Part shown: positions 40,653-50,620 of the stretch, piece by piece | Layout of the letters: every line of letters begins with the position of its first letter | Numbering within the stretch: position 1 is the stretch's first letter | Assembly (NCBI GenBank): GCA_965217185.1 | Contig: OZ244252.1 | Location: 3,136,001-3,200,000, forward strand | Length of the DNA stretch: 64,000 bases | Direction of reading: 5' to 3' | Source of the DNA: an uncultured Candidatus Entotheonella sp. | GTDB lineage: Bacteria > Tectomicrobia > Entotheonellia > Entotheonellales > Entotheonellaceae | Notes under the pieces: model-generated | What the model was told of the DNA's origin: nothing | Database searches by the model: none | The model's input: only the letters and a program-made list of their open reading frames with translations | Made by a program: the position numbers and the translations under genes

Positions 40653-42059
40653 ATGCAGAGCATCGCAGGGTCGCTTTCGGCCTACGTTGAACGGCGCATG
40701 GCCCGCATCCTCCTGCTCGGGATCATCAGCGGCTTTCCCTGGGTGCTCATCGGCAGCGCCCTCAGCCTCTGGCTGAAGGAAGACGGCTTGAGCCGCACCA
40801 CCATCGGCTGGGCCGGACTGATCTTCGGCGTCTACGCGGTCAATTTCCTCTGGGCGCCGTTGATCGACCGGCTGCGGGTGCCGTGGCTGACGGACCGGCT
40901 CGGGCATCGCCGCGCCTGGATCGTCACGCTGCAGGCCGTGATCCTGGCATGCCTCGTCATGTGGAGCGTCATCGAACCGGCGGCGAGCCTGGCCGTCGTG
41001 GTCGCCGTCGGCCTGGTTATCGCCACCGCCTCCGCCACCCAGGACATCACCATCGATGCGCTCCGCATCGAGCAGGTCGGCGAGTCCGAGGGCGAATCCA
41101 TGGCGGCGGGCGCCGCGGCCGCGGTCATCGGCTGGTGGACGGGGTTCAAGCTCGGCGGCGTGGTCGCTCTGAAAGCGGCGGCGGCCTTCCAGAGCGCCGG
41201 GGTCGAGAACTACTGGCAGGCCACCTTTCTGGTGCTCGGAGTCGTGGTCATTCTCTGTAGTATCGGCTTGGTGTTGTGTGTACGCGAGACATCCCCGGCG
41301 GAGCGTGTCGCCGCCCAGGCCGAGGAGGACGACCGCATCGCCTCCCGCCTTGGCCTTTCCGGCGGGCTGGGCCGTGCGACCACCTGGCTTACGGGCACCG
41401 CGGCGGCTCCGCTGATGAGCTTCTTCAGACGCAACGGCTTCGCCATTGCCGTTGCCGTGCTCGGCTTCATCTTTCTGTTCAAGATCGGCGAGGCATTCCT
41501 GGGCCGCATGTCCCTCCTGTTCTACCAGGAAATCGGCTTCTCCAAGACCGACATCGCCGTCTACTCCAAGGGCCTGGGCTGGGTAACCACCGTCACCTTC
41601 ACCGTGCTGGGCGGGTTCTTCGCGGTCCGGGCCGGTCTGGTGCGGGCCATGTTCCTGTCCGGGGTTGCCATGGCGTCCACGAATCTATTGTTCGCGGTGC
41701 TGGCCTGGACGGGCAAGTCGGCGGCTTTGTTCGCGACCGCGGTGGTGGTAGACGACCTCACCAGCGCCTTTGCCACCGTGACCTTCGTTGCCTTCATCTC
41801 GATGTTGGTTGACCGGACCTATACCGCCACGCAGTATGCCCTGCTCGCCTCGATCGGCACGGCGGGAAGGACTCTTTTCGCGGCCTCGTCCGGCGCATTG
41901 GTGGACTGGCTGGATGGCGACTGGGGGGTGTTCTTCGTCATCACCGCGCTGATGGTGCTCCCCTCGCTCGCCTGTCTGTGGGCCATCCGCAGAAGACTTG
42001 CCTACGTGCTGGCCGGCGCGAACGAGCGGCGGCTCGAAAAGGACAAGGGAAAAGGTTGA
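40653..42059 (+). CDS. ampG: AmpG muropeptide permease (MFS)
   Basis: SGFP, FLWAPLIDR, SATQDITIDALRIE, TATQYALL. Confidence 0.88.
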   Translation: MQSIAGSLSAYVERRMARILLLGIISGFPWVLIGSALSLWLKEDGLSRTTIGWAGLIFGVYAVNFLWAPLIDRLRVPWLTDRLGHRRAWIVTLQAVILACLVMWSVIEPAASLAVVVAVGLVIATASATQDITIDALRIEQVGESEGESMAAGAAAAVIGWWTGFKLGGVVALKAAAAFQSAGVENYWQATFLVLGVVVILCSIGLVLCVRETSPAERVAAQAEEDDRIASRLGLSGGLGRATTWLTGTAAAPLMSFFRRNGFAIAVAVLGFIFLFKIGEAFLGRMSLLFYQEIGFSKTDIAVYSKGLGWVTTVTFTVLGGFFAVRAGLVRAMFLSGVAMASTNLLFAVLAWTGKSAALFATAVVVDDLTSAFATVTFVAFISMLVDRTYTATQYALLASIGTAGRTLFAASSGALVDWLDGDWGVFFVITALMVLPSLACLWAIRRRLAYVLAGANERRLEKDKGKG

Positions 42060-42060
42060 A

Positions 42061-42495
42061 TCAGCGCCTACTGGTCTGCGAAGGGCGAATACGCGGCCAA
42101 GCGTGCAGCGCGAAGCCAGCGGCGGCCAGGACCTGCAGGACGCCGCCGCATACAAAGGTCGCACCGGCAGCCGGCGTTCCCAAGGCAATCTCGACCGCCG
42201 GGTGCAGGGCGACCAGGAGAATGGCCGTGTTGAGCGCCCAGTAGCTCGACCACGCCAGTACCGTGTTGCCGCGGCGCTTGCCCGCTCCCAGGCGCGGCAG
42301 AATCCAGTAGCTGACACCCAGCGCACACTGCGTCACGCCACCTACCAGCACGAGATAGATGTGCGCCGGCAGCAGCACCCAAAAGAACGGGAAGCGGCCG
42401 GTGCCTTTCTGCACCAGAATCAACCCGCCCGCCAGCATGCCCACCGCCAGGCAGATGAAACCGCCGCGCAGGAAGAATCGACTGAGCCTCGGCAT
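42061..42495 (-). CDS. Small 4-TM membrane protein
   Basis: Hydrophobic; HIYLVLVG..GVSYWILPR; paralogue of neighbour. Confidence 0.65.
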   Translation of the reverse strand: MPRLSRFFLRGGFICLAVGMLAGGLILVQKGTGRFPFFWVLLPAHIYLVLVGGVTQCALGVSYWILPRLGAGKRRGNTVLAWSSYWALNTAILLVALHPAVEIALGTPAAGATFVCGGVLQVLAAAGFALHAWPRIRPSQTSRR

Positions 42496-42498
42496 ACC

Positions 42499-42921
42499 TC
42501 AACGCCCCCGCCCGCGAATGCGCGTCCAGATCGTGATCAGAAACATCCACCCCGCCGCCACCTGCAGCACCGCCGAGCACACCAGCAGCCATCCCAGGCC
42601 CGGCTGTGGCCGCATGCCGTGCCAAGGCTCGACGACCACCCGCAGCAGCAAGCCGACGTTCAGGGCCGCGTATGTGAACCATGCCAGCGCCGGGTAACGG
42701 TGCGGCTGTCCCTTGGCGAAGGGCGGGAACATCCAGTAGGCGACGCCGAAAATGAGCTGCATGAGCCAGCCGACGAGCAGCATGTGCCAGTAAACCGGCT
42801 GCAACACCAGTGGCGCGCTCCACTGTAGGCCCACTGCGATAAGCAGGTAGCCGCCGAGGCAGGAACTGGCAACGAAGTAAAGGATGGCCGTTTTGAGGAA
42901 GTAGCGGGTTAGGACGGGCAT
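42499..42921 (-). CDS. Small 4-TM membrane protein
   Basis: Hydrophobic; HMLLVGWLMQLIFGVAYWMFP. Confidence 0.7.
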   Translation of the reverse strand: MPVLTRYFLKTAILYFVASSCLGGYLLIAVGLQWSAPLVLQPVYWHMLLVGWLMQLIFGVAYWMFPPFAKGQPHRYPALAWFTYAALNVGLLLRVVVEPWHGMRPQPGLGWLLVCSAVLQVAAGWMFLITIWTRIRGRGR

Positions 42922-43029
42922 GGGTTGCTCTCCTGCAGAGCGGCGGTTGAGCCGAGGTCGGGCGGTTGACACCTTCTCTGGGGCGATGGTACGCTCGCCG
43001 CCGTTTTCGGACCCGCATCAGGATAGGAG

Positions 43030-43818
43030 ATGGACGTGATCACGACTCGAGACAAAGCCGCGAACCGGAAAAAGCCCCAACAGAGCCGCACGTGGCTGTT
43101 GTGCCTCGCCGCGCTGTTGCTGACGCTCTGTGGCAGCGCTTGGTCGCAGCCCGCCGCAGTCGTGTTTGCGGACGTGGCCGAACAGCTTGCTCGCTACTTT
43201 CCCAAAGTGACCGGAGAGGTGGTCAAGGTAGAAGACGGTGACATCTACCTGAGTCTCGGCGCCCGCGATGATATCTTATCCGGAACGCAACTGACCCTGC
43301 TCCGTTCGCGGGAAGCTGTGTTCACAACCGATGGCGAGCAGGCGATCAACCGGCTGGAAGAGGCCATCGGCTACGTCATCGTCGAGCAGGTCTTCGAGGG
43401 ATACGCGCTGGCGAAATTGCTGGCGTCGCCCGGTACCGAGGCGCAGCGCGGTGACAAAGTCCGCGTTACCTCGGGGCCGGTGATCTTGGGGGTTCTGCCC
43501 GTTGTCAACGAGATGCCGCAGCCGCTCCCGCACGGGCGTTGGACGACGGCACTGCAATCGGCTCTTGAGGCCAATGGGCGCTTTCGCGTCGTCACCGCCA
43601 ACCGCATTCTCCTGTGGTCCCTTGAGCACGATACCCCCCTGGAAAACGGCGTGTCGCCGGATCTCCTGCGGCAGATGGCGCAATCCCTGCGCTTCACCTA
43701 CGCGGTGGTGGCGCTGGTCAAAGACGTTGGCGGCGAGCCGGTTCTCGACGTCGCCCTCCTGTCTCCTCAACTGCAGCGCCTCGTCGCTTCGGGTTCCGCC
43801 TTCCTGCCGACTCCATAA
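43030..43818 (+). CDS. Exported hypothetical protein (FlgT C-terminal-like domain possible)
   Basis: Signal peptide; GEVVKVEDGDIYLSLG..GDKV. Confidence 0.55.
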   Translation: MDVITTRDKAANRKKPQQSRTWLLCLAALLLTLCGSAWSQPAAVVFADVAEQLARYFPKVTGEVVKVEDGDIYLSLGARDDILSGTQLTLLRSREAVFTTDGEQAINRLEEAIGYVIVEQVFEGYALAKLLASPGTEAQRGDKVRVTSGPVILGVLPVVNEMPQPLPHGRWTTALQSALEANGRFRVVTANRILLWSLEHDTPLENGVSPDLLRQMAQSLRFTYAVVALVKDVGGEPVLDVALLSPQLQRLVASGSAFLPTP

Positions 43819-43832
43819 ACCGCCGTCCCGCT

Positions 43833-44678
43833 TCAGTCCGACGGCACGAATCCGTCACCGTTCCACACGAACGACGCGGCGATTAGCTGGCCATCCTGCC
43901 GGGCATGGATGACGATTCGCGGGACCCCTTGCGGTTGCGCGTCGACGCTGATTTCTTCAAATGTGCCGTCGGAGACCACTGACCCGGTCACCGCGTCCGC
44001 CACCAGCGGGTACGCCTTGCCCGCGGCCACGACCACGCCGACGTGCCGGTTCTCCCCCTTCTCATAGACGAACAGCAGATCGTCCGGTTTTCCCGTGCCG
44101 CGGGCGTCTGCGTAGCGCAGCACCGAGAGCGTATCCTCCATTTGGAAGGCATGCGACGAATTGTCCGCCGCGCCAAGCGCTACCACGGGCATCCCCAAAT
44201 CGGCAGCTTTGGTCACGTATTCGTTGCTCAGCGCCATGGCCTCAACTGGGTCCTCGGCGACCTGCGCCTGACGCCAGTAGATCAATCCCAGCAGGAAAGC
44301 TGCCGACGGGCTGTCCGGCTGCATCACCAGCGCCTGTTGCGCGCTTCTCTCGGCGCGCTGCAACGGCGTTGCCTGCCACAGGAACGGAAAGACGCGCCGC
44401 GGTGTCTGCATCATCAGGTAGCTCTGCGCCGCGCCCAGCAACGCTTGTACCTGCGTGTCACGGCCAAACCACCGGTAGCCGGACTTGAACGCCTCAACGG
44501 CCTCGGACAGCAGGTCCTCTTTTTCCTCCCCCACCGGCGTCAGGCGCGCCGCCGTCAGCAGGGCGTGCCCACGCGCAATCTCCAGGGCGGCCGTTGGAGA
44601 GACGTCCGCCGCCACTACCGCCGTATAGCCGAAGACGAGCAGGGCTGCTACAATCACCCTCGTGATGCGCTCCATCAT
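43833..44678 (-). CDS. Exported hypothetical protein, TPR-like
   Basis: Signal peptide; helical repeats. Confidence 0.55.
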   Translation of the reverse strand: MMERITRVIVAALLVFGYTAVVAADVSPTAALEIARGHALLTAARLTPVGEEKEDLLSEAVEAFKSGYRWFGRDTQVQALLGAAQSYLMMQTPRRVFPFLWQATPLQRAERSAQQALVMQPDSPSAAFLLGLIYWRQAQVAEDPVEAMALSNEYVTKAADLGMPVVALGAADNSSHAFQMEDTLSVLRYADARGTGKPDDLLFVYEKGENRHVGVVVAAGKAYPLVADAVTGSVVSDGTFEEISVDAQPQGVPRIVIHARQDGQLIAASFVWNGDGFVPSD

Positions 44679-44744
44679 TCCCAACTCCCCGCGGGCCATT
44701 CCCCGGTACCCAGCATCTCATGCCCTCACAATAGAAAGCGTTCT

Positions 44745-45923
44745 ATGTACATCGAAACCTCAGAGCCATTGCGCCGCCTCTGTGCGCAAGCGCGAACCGA
44801 AGGACGATTGGCGATCGACCTCGAATTCATCCGAGAAAATACCTACGCCCCGCAACTGGCGCTGATCCAGATCGCCGTCAGCGACACCTGCGCCATCGTC
44901 GATCCGCTGACGGTGGACGATTTGGCACCCCTGGTCGAGGTGCTGACGGGCACCGACGTCCTCAAGGTGCTGCACGCCGCCGGCCAGGACGTCGAGGTAT
45001 TGCATTGGCATACCGGCAAGCTCGCCGGGCCGATATTCGACACCCAGATCGCTGCCTCCATGGCTGGGCTCGGCGAACAATTGTCATACGGCCGGCTGGT
45101 GGACGCTCTGCTGGGGGTGTCGCTGACAAAAGGCGAGAGCTATTCTGACTGGCTGCGCCGCCCGCTGCTGCCATCGCAGACCAAGTATGCGCTGGACGAC
45201 GTGCGCTATCTGTTACCGATGCACGACCGGCTCAGCAAGCGCCTCGATGCCATGGGCCGGGCCGCATGGGCCGCCGCCGAGTGCCGCAAATTTACCGATC
45301 CCGCCCTGTACGAACGCGATCCGCGCACCCTCTACCGCCGCATTCGCAACGGCAAAAACCTGTCGTCGCAGGGGCTGGCCATTCTGCGCGAACTGGCGGC
45401 ATGGCGCGATGACGAAGCGCGACAACGCAATCGCCCGCACGGGCGCGTTCTCAGCAACGAAATCCTGGTCGACCTGGCGCGCCGGGCGCCCCAGACGCGC
45501 GACGATTTACAACGCTTGCGTGGCCTGCCGCAGCGCGAATTGGAACGCTCGACAGACGCCCTCCTGACGGTGGTGCAACGTGGGCTGGAGGTGCCTGAAG
45601 CGGATCAGCCACAGTCGGAAAACCGAGACCACCGCCTGACACCATCCGAGGAACTAACCGTGAAGTTCCTTGACGCCAGCCTCAAAGCCCTGTGCCAGCG
45701 TGAGAAACTCCCCGCCTCATTCATCGCCAACCGCAACGATCTCGAAACACTGGTGCGGCGTTATCGCAAGGACCGACTCCCCACCGAGGGCAGCCCGGTG
45801 TTGGAAGGATGGCGTGGCGAGATGGTGGGCCGGGAGTTGCTGGCCGTTCTCGAAGGGCGCCTCAGCCTCCACCTGCATCCCAAAACCGGCAAGGTCACGT
45901 TCACCGCCCGGCATTGCCGCTAG
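44745..45923 (+). CDS. rnd: Ribonuclease D
   Basis: AIDLEF, LHAAGQD, FDTQIAA, SDWLRRPL, YALDDV, HRDC region. Confidence 0.9.
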   Translation: MYIETSEPLRRLCAQARTEGRLAIDLEFIRENTYAPQLALIQIAVSDTCAIVDPLTVDDLAPLVEVLTGTDVLKVLHAAGQDVEVLHWHTGKLAGPIFDTQIAASMAGLGEQLSYGRLVDALLGVSLTKGESYSDWLRRPLLPSQTKYALDDVRYLLPMHDRLSKRLDAMGRAAWAAAECRKFTDPALYERDPRTLYRRIRNGKNLSSQGLAILRELAAWRDDEARQRNRPHGRVLSNEILVDLARRAPQTRDDLQRLRGLPQRELERSTDALLTVVQRGLEVPEADQPQSENRDHRLTPSEELTVKFLDASLKALCQREKLPASFIANRNDLETLVRRYRKDRLPTEGSPVLEGWRGEMVGRELLAVLEGRLSLHLHPKTGKVTFTARHCR

Positions 45924-45968
45924 GGCGGGCGGGACAAGACTTGCCAGCCAAGGACGATCAAACCTGCT

Positions 45969-46736
45969 TCAGATGTTTGACCGCGACTGGCAGCCGTCCA
46001 CGTTGATGCAGGCGCCGGTCATCAGCGACCCCCGCTGCGAGGCGAGAAACACCACCATCGCCGCCACCTCTTCCGGGTGGCCAAAGCGCCCCAAGGGCAT
46101 TTCGGTGCGCACGAAATTAGCGATGAACTCCGGGTTGTCCTGCTGCCGCCGCTCCCACGAACCGCCGGGAAACAGAATGGAGCCCGGCGCCACCACGTTG
46201 ACCAGAATCCCGTCCGGAGCCAACTGCTTGGCCAGCGATTTCGACCAACTGTTCATGCCCGCCTTGACCACGTTGTAGGTCATGGGCCCACCCGCTTCCC
46301 GCCCATAAATCGACGAGATGTTGATGATGCGCCCGCCGCCGCGCTGATGCATGATCGGAATCGCCTGCCGCGAGGCGCGGATGGCCGCGAACAGGTTCAG
46401 GTCCAGCGCCAGGTTCCAGTCGTCGTCGCTGGTGTCCCACGTCTGGCCGCCCCGCGAGCCGCCCACGTTGTTGATCAGAATGTCGATGCCGCCGAACGAC
46501 GTCGCGGCGCCGTCGATGACGCGCTCGATGTCTGCCGGTTGCGTCATGTCCGCTTGCACGCCCAGAACTTCGGCATGCTGTGCGGCCTCCTGCTCAGTCT
46601 GCCGCAGCGCCTTCTCGCCGCGCGCCGAAAAGGCAACCTTGCAACCCTCGCTTGCCAATTCCAGCACGATGGCCCTGCCAATGCCCTTGCTGCCGCCGGT
46701 GACCACGGCCACTTTGTCTCGTAAACCCAGATCCAT
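45969..46736 (-). CDS. SDR family oxidoreductase
   Basis: TGGSKGIG, NNVG, YNVVK. Confidence 0.9.
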   Translation of the reverse strand: MDLGLRDKVAVVTGGSKGIGRAIVLELASEGCKVAFSARGEKALRQTEQEAAQHAEVLGVQADMTQPADIERVIDGAATSFGGIDILINNVGGSRGGQTWDTSDDDWNLALDLNLFAAIRASRQAIPIMHQRGGGRIINISSIYGREAGGPMTYNVVKAGMNSWSKSLAKQLAPDGILVNVVAPGSILFPGGSWERRQQDNPEFIANFVRTEMPLGRFGHPEEVAAMVVFLASQRGSLMTGACINVDGCQSRSNI

Positions 46737-46769
46737 GAACAAAACCCTTTCTTCAGGATGACGTGGAAT

Positions 46770-46799
46770 GTCGGATTGCGCTGCGCCAATCCGACCTAC
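46770..46799. repeat. GTAG-type REP (copy 5)
   Basis: GTCGGATTG...CAATCCGACCTAC, with compensatory G-C change in the stem. Confidence 0.8.
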
Positions 46800-46810
46800 A
46801 TGTGGAAACG

Positions 46811-48175
46811 TCAGGCGCCGACGAGCACGACGTACATGTCCATGACGTTGGTGCCGGTCGGCCCGGTAAGTAACAGATCGTCGAGTGCCTGGAAGAAATG
46901 ATAAGCGTCGTTGCGGTGCAGGAATGCCTCGGGCTGCAAACCGAGCGCTTCGGCGCGCGCCACCGTGCGGCCATCGACCAGTGCACCGCCGGCGTCGGTG
47001 GGGCCGTCGGTGCCGTCGGTGCCACCGCTCAGCACGACAGTGGCGTCCAATCCGGCGATGTGCAGCGCGGCGGCGAGGGCGAATTCCTGACTGCGCCCGC
47101 CCTTGCCGTTGCCGCGCACGGTGACCGTCGTTTCGCCGCCGGAAATGATACAGGCGGGCGGCGAGATCGGCTGACCGCTCTGGCAGATTTCCTGGGCAAT
47201 GGCGGCGTGCATGCGGGCGACGTGGCGCGCCTCGCCCTCAAGGGTTGACGAAAGCAACAGGGTCGTGTACCCGCGCGCCTCGGCGGCCTCGCGGGCGGCG
47301 CGCAGGGCAAGACGGTTGTTCGCCACGACCACCGTCTGCCCCAGTTCAAAGACAGGATCACCGGCCTCGGGCGTTTCGGGCACGCTCCCCGCCAATCCCT
47401 GTTGCAAATGGGCGTGAACGCTGTCCGGCAAGCGGTCGAGCAGGTCGTAGCGCGTCAGGATGTTCAGGCAGTCCCGGAACGTCGTCGGGTCGGGCACCGT
47501 CGGCCCGGAAGCGATGGCGTCGAGGCGGTCGCCCACAACGTCGGACAGCACCAGGGTGATCAGCCGTGCCGGGGCGGCCAACCGCGCCAGTTGGCCGCCC
47601 TTGACGGCGGACAGGTGTTTGCGGATCACGTTGATTTCGTCGATGCGCGCGCCGCAGTCGATGAGCAGGCCGGTCATGCGCTGCTTTTCGGCCAACGAAA
47701 TACCGCCGCTCGGAGCCGGCCACAACGCCGAACCGCCGCCCGACAACAGGCAGAACACCAAGTCGTCGTCGGCCGCCTGCCGCACCAGTTCCATAGCGGC
47801 GTTGGCGCCCTGCACCCCGGCGGCGTCCGGGATCGGGTGGGCCGCCTCGTAGAGCGTCACCCGCTCCACGGGCGCGACGTGCTCGTACTTGACCGTCACC
47901 GCCCCGGCGCTGATCCGATCGCCCAGAATCGCCTCCAGACCCTGCGCCATGACGGCGCTTCCCTTGCCGGTGCCGACAACGTAAATATGTGCAAAACGTT
48001 GCAGGTCGTAGGCCACGCCGTCCACTATCAGCGTGTCGCCGCGGCGCACAACGGTGCGTTGCACGGCAACCATGGGGTCCACGGCAGCCACGCCGGCAGC
48101 AAAAATGGCCCGGCTGTCGTCGCGTAACCGGGCCAGGGAGGACTTTGAGGACTCGCTGGGTGAATCAAGTGGCAT
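46811..48175 (-). CDS. Glycerate kinase (MOFRL/TtuD family)
   Basis: SGGGSAL, RKHLSAVKGG, GGETTV, GTDGTDG, TGPTGTNVMD. Confidence 0.9.
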   Translation of the reverse strand: MPLDSPSESSKSSLARLRDDSRAIFAAGVAAVDPMVAVQRTVVRRGDTLIVDGVAYDLQRFAHIYVVGTGKGSAVMAQGLEAILGDRISAGAVTVKYEHVAPVERVTLYEAAHPIPDAAGVQGANAAMELVRQAADDDLVFCLLSGGGSALWPAPSGGISLAEKQRMTGLLIDCGARIDEINVIRKHLSAVKGGQLARLAAPARLITLVLSDVVGDRLDAIASGPTVPDPTTFRDCLNILTRYDLLDRLPDSVHAHLQQGLAGSVPETPEAGDPVFELGQTVVVANNRLALRAAREAAEARGYTTLLLSSTLEGEARHVARMHAAIAQEICQSGQPISPPACIISGGETTVTVRGNGKGGRSQEFALAAALHIAGLDATVVLSGGTDGTDGPTDAGGALVDGRTVARAEALGLQPEAFLHRNDAYHFFQALDDLLLTGPTGTNVMDMYVVLVGA

Positions 48176-50420
48176 GCGGTTCTCCGACTTGCGGGCCGAA
48201 AAAGATGGTTTCCATGGCATCGAGACACTGCCGGCGCTGCAACCCTTCCGCGCTCGTCATCCCCTCCACCTGCTGCCGCTCGGCGTGCAGGTAGGCCGCC
48301 GCCGCGTCGCCCACCAAGCCGCGGGCGTCTTTACCGTATGGCGCAAGCTGGTCGTCCACCCAATGCGATACCGCCTCCGGCGTGTCTTCGCCCTGTGTGC
48401 AGGCAAGAGCTCGCCCTTCGAAACCCGGTACGAAGCGCTCAACGAAATCGAGCCGCTTGTCGAGCGGCACCAAGGCAGAGATGCGCAGCGCGTAATCCGG
48501 CAGATCAACGCCGATGGTTGCCAGCATCTGGCGGGTAAAGTCGTCGGCCAGGCGCTGCGCCAGAGAGTCAGTATCCGCCTTCTGGCGCGCCAACTCCTCG
48601 TTCGAGGCCTCGATGCCCAGGGGCGGCGCCGGGACTTCCAGATACAGCTTGTTCTTGGGCTCGGTGCCGGAGGGTCGGATGATGACGCGCGCGCCGTTGG
48701 CCAACTGATACGCCAACACATCACGGGCCGCGCGGTCGGTTTCGGACAGCAGTGGGCCGTGCACGCCGGCCTCGTCCCAGTGATCAACTGCCCGCGTCAC
48801 CTCCCAGCCGGCGATTTCCGTGGGCGGGCTGTGGCGCAGGGTGTCCTGGATTTGCTGAATGCGGCTGGCGCCTTCCGCCCCGCTCATCACCATCGAGGCG
48901 CCGAGGTTGGCGAAATAGCCGTAGCGCTTGTAGATGTCGTCCAGGTAATCGAGCAGCACCCGCCCCTGTTGGCGCTGCCAAGCCGCCAGTTCAGCCAGCA
49001 GCAGGGCGGCGCCAGCGGCGTCTTTGTCGCGCATTTCCGGGGTCACCAGGATGCCGTGGCTCTCCTCGACGGCGATGATGAAGTCGTCCAGCGAGGCGGT
49101 CACGGCGCCGTATCGCTGCCGCTGTTCGATTTGGTGCAACACGTTGGCGTGGTACTTGAGGCCGACCAGCAGGTCGCCGACCAGCGTGCCGCCAAAGTGG
49201 GTGGTAATGGGCCGCAGGAGTTCGGTGGTCACCTCGGTCTTGATGACCAGCGGCCGCGCCGAGAGGCGTCCGAGGCGCTGCAACTGTTCCAGCTTGTAGT
49301 GGGTCACGAGGACAGCGATTTCGTTGCCGGTGAGGAAGCGGTAGGCGCCATCCGGGGTGCGCGAGCAGACGCCAATCCGGTCGGCATCGGGATCGCAGGC
49401 CAGCACCGCGTCGGCGCCCACTTTCTCAGCCAACGCCATGCCCATCGCCATGGCCTGCGGCACTTCCGGGTTCGGAGCGCGAAACGGTACCGCCGGGAAA
49501 GCGCCGTCCGGCGTCGCCTGCTCGTCTACCATGACAACCTCAAACCCCGCCCGCCGCAACACCGTGCCGACCGTGCTGTCAGCCGTGCCGTGCAGCGGCG
49601 TGAATACGATCTTGGCGCGCCGCGCCGCCGGTTGCAGCGACTGCGCCACGTTCAGCGCCACGTACGCCTCGTGCACCCGCGGCGGCACCGGCGACAGCAG
49701 CCCGCTGCCCTTGGCGGCGGCGAAATCCAGCGCCTCGACCCGTGTGATGTCCGCCACCTTGTTGGCCATCGTCTCGTCGTCCGGCGGCACGTCCTGCGCT
49801 CCCTGGGCGTTGTAAAACTTGCCGCCGTTGTCATCGGGATGGTTGTGCGAAGCGGAGATATTGAGCCCGGCGCTGGCGGCGAGGGCACGGATAGTATAGG
49901 ACAATTCAGGCGTCGAGATATACGTCTCGGCATCTTCCGGCAGCATGTGCACGGCGATTCCATGCGCCGCGTACACGCCCGCCGCCAAACGCGCGAAGTC
50001 ACGTGACGTCATGCCGAGCAGCGGGTTGGGCAGATTCGGGTTGTACAGTCCGCGCAAGTCCTGAAAGACCCGCACGTCATAGGCGATGACCACCGAGAGT
50101 GAGGCCCCGGGGTGGCGCTCCTGAAGGTAGACGACATGCCCCTGCGCGGACGATGCCAGGGTCCACGGATTGAAGCGATTCGGGCCGATGCCGACCGGCC
50201 CGCGGCGCCCGCCGGTGCCAAAGGGCAACACGCGATAAAAGCCGTCCAGCAAGAGTGACCAACGTTCCGCATCGATCAGCCAGTACAGTTGCGCACGGTA
50301 CGGCGCCAAGGCGTCCTCGGTGAGCCAATAGGCCAGTGCACGCAGGGCGTTCTGCTTGAGCGATTCGGCCACCTGCAAGCCCGCAAAACCCCGTTCGGCG
50401 CGGCGCTGGAAGTCGTTCAT
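48165..50420 (-). CDS. Phosphoglucomutase/phosphomannomutase with C-terminal extension
   Basis: FGTGGRRG, SASHN, DPDADR, EESHG, RPSGTEPK. Confidence 0.88.
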   Translation of the reverse strand: MNDFQRRAERGFAGLQVAESLKQNALRALAYWLTEDALAPYRAQLYWLIDAERWSLLLDGFYRVLPFGTGGRRGPVGIGPNRFNPWTLASSAQGHVVYLQERHPGASLSVVIAYDVRVFQDLRGLYNPNLPNPLLGMTSRDFARLAAGVYAAHGIAVHMLPEDAETYISTPELSYTIRALAASAGLNISASHNHPDDNGGKFYNAQGAQDVPPDDETMANKVADITRVEALDFAAAKGSGLLSPVPPRVHEAYVALNVAQSLQPAARRAKIVFTPLHGTADSTVGTVLRRAGFEVVMVDEQATPDGAFPAVPFRAPNPEVPQAMAMGMALAEKVGADAVLACDPDADRIGVCSRTPDGAYRFLTGNEIAVLVTHYKLEQLQRLGRLSARPLVIKTEVTTELLRPITTHFGGTLVGDLLVGLKYHANVLHQIEQRQRYGAVTASLDDFIIAVEESHGILVTPEMRDKDAAGAALLLAELAAWQRQQGRVLLDYLDDIYKRYGYFANLGASMVMSGAEGASRIQQIQDTLRHSPPTEIAGWEVTRAVDHWDEAGVHGPLLSETDRAARDVLAYQLANGARVIIRPSGTEPKNKLYLEVPAPPLGIEASNEELARQKADTDSLAQRLADDFTRQMLATIGVDLPDYALRISALVPLDKRLDFVERFVPGFEGRALACTQGEDTPEAVSHWVDDQLAPYGKDARGLVGDAAAAYLHAERQQVEGMTSAEGLQRRQCLDAMETIFFGPQVGEPHAT

Positions 50421-50620
50421 ATTGCCCCTCTCCATGTTGAATTTCCTACCCTTGGCGGAGCGGCGATTGTTGCAAACGACTCTCTGCGTGTCAATTTTAC
50501 CAGTCCCTCGACGAACGCTAACCCTTTTGCTATGATCTGCGCTCATCACTCCAAAATGAATTTCCGCTGGACCTTTAGACCAGCGCTCTGATTCCTTCAG
50601 GGATAGGAAAATCATAAGAC

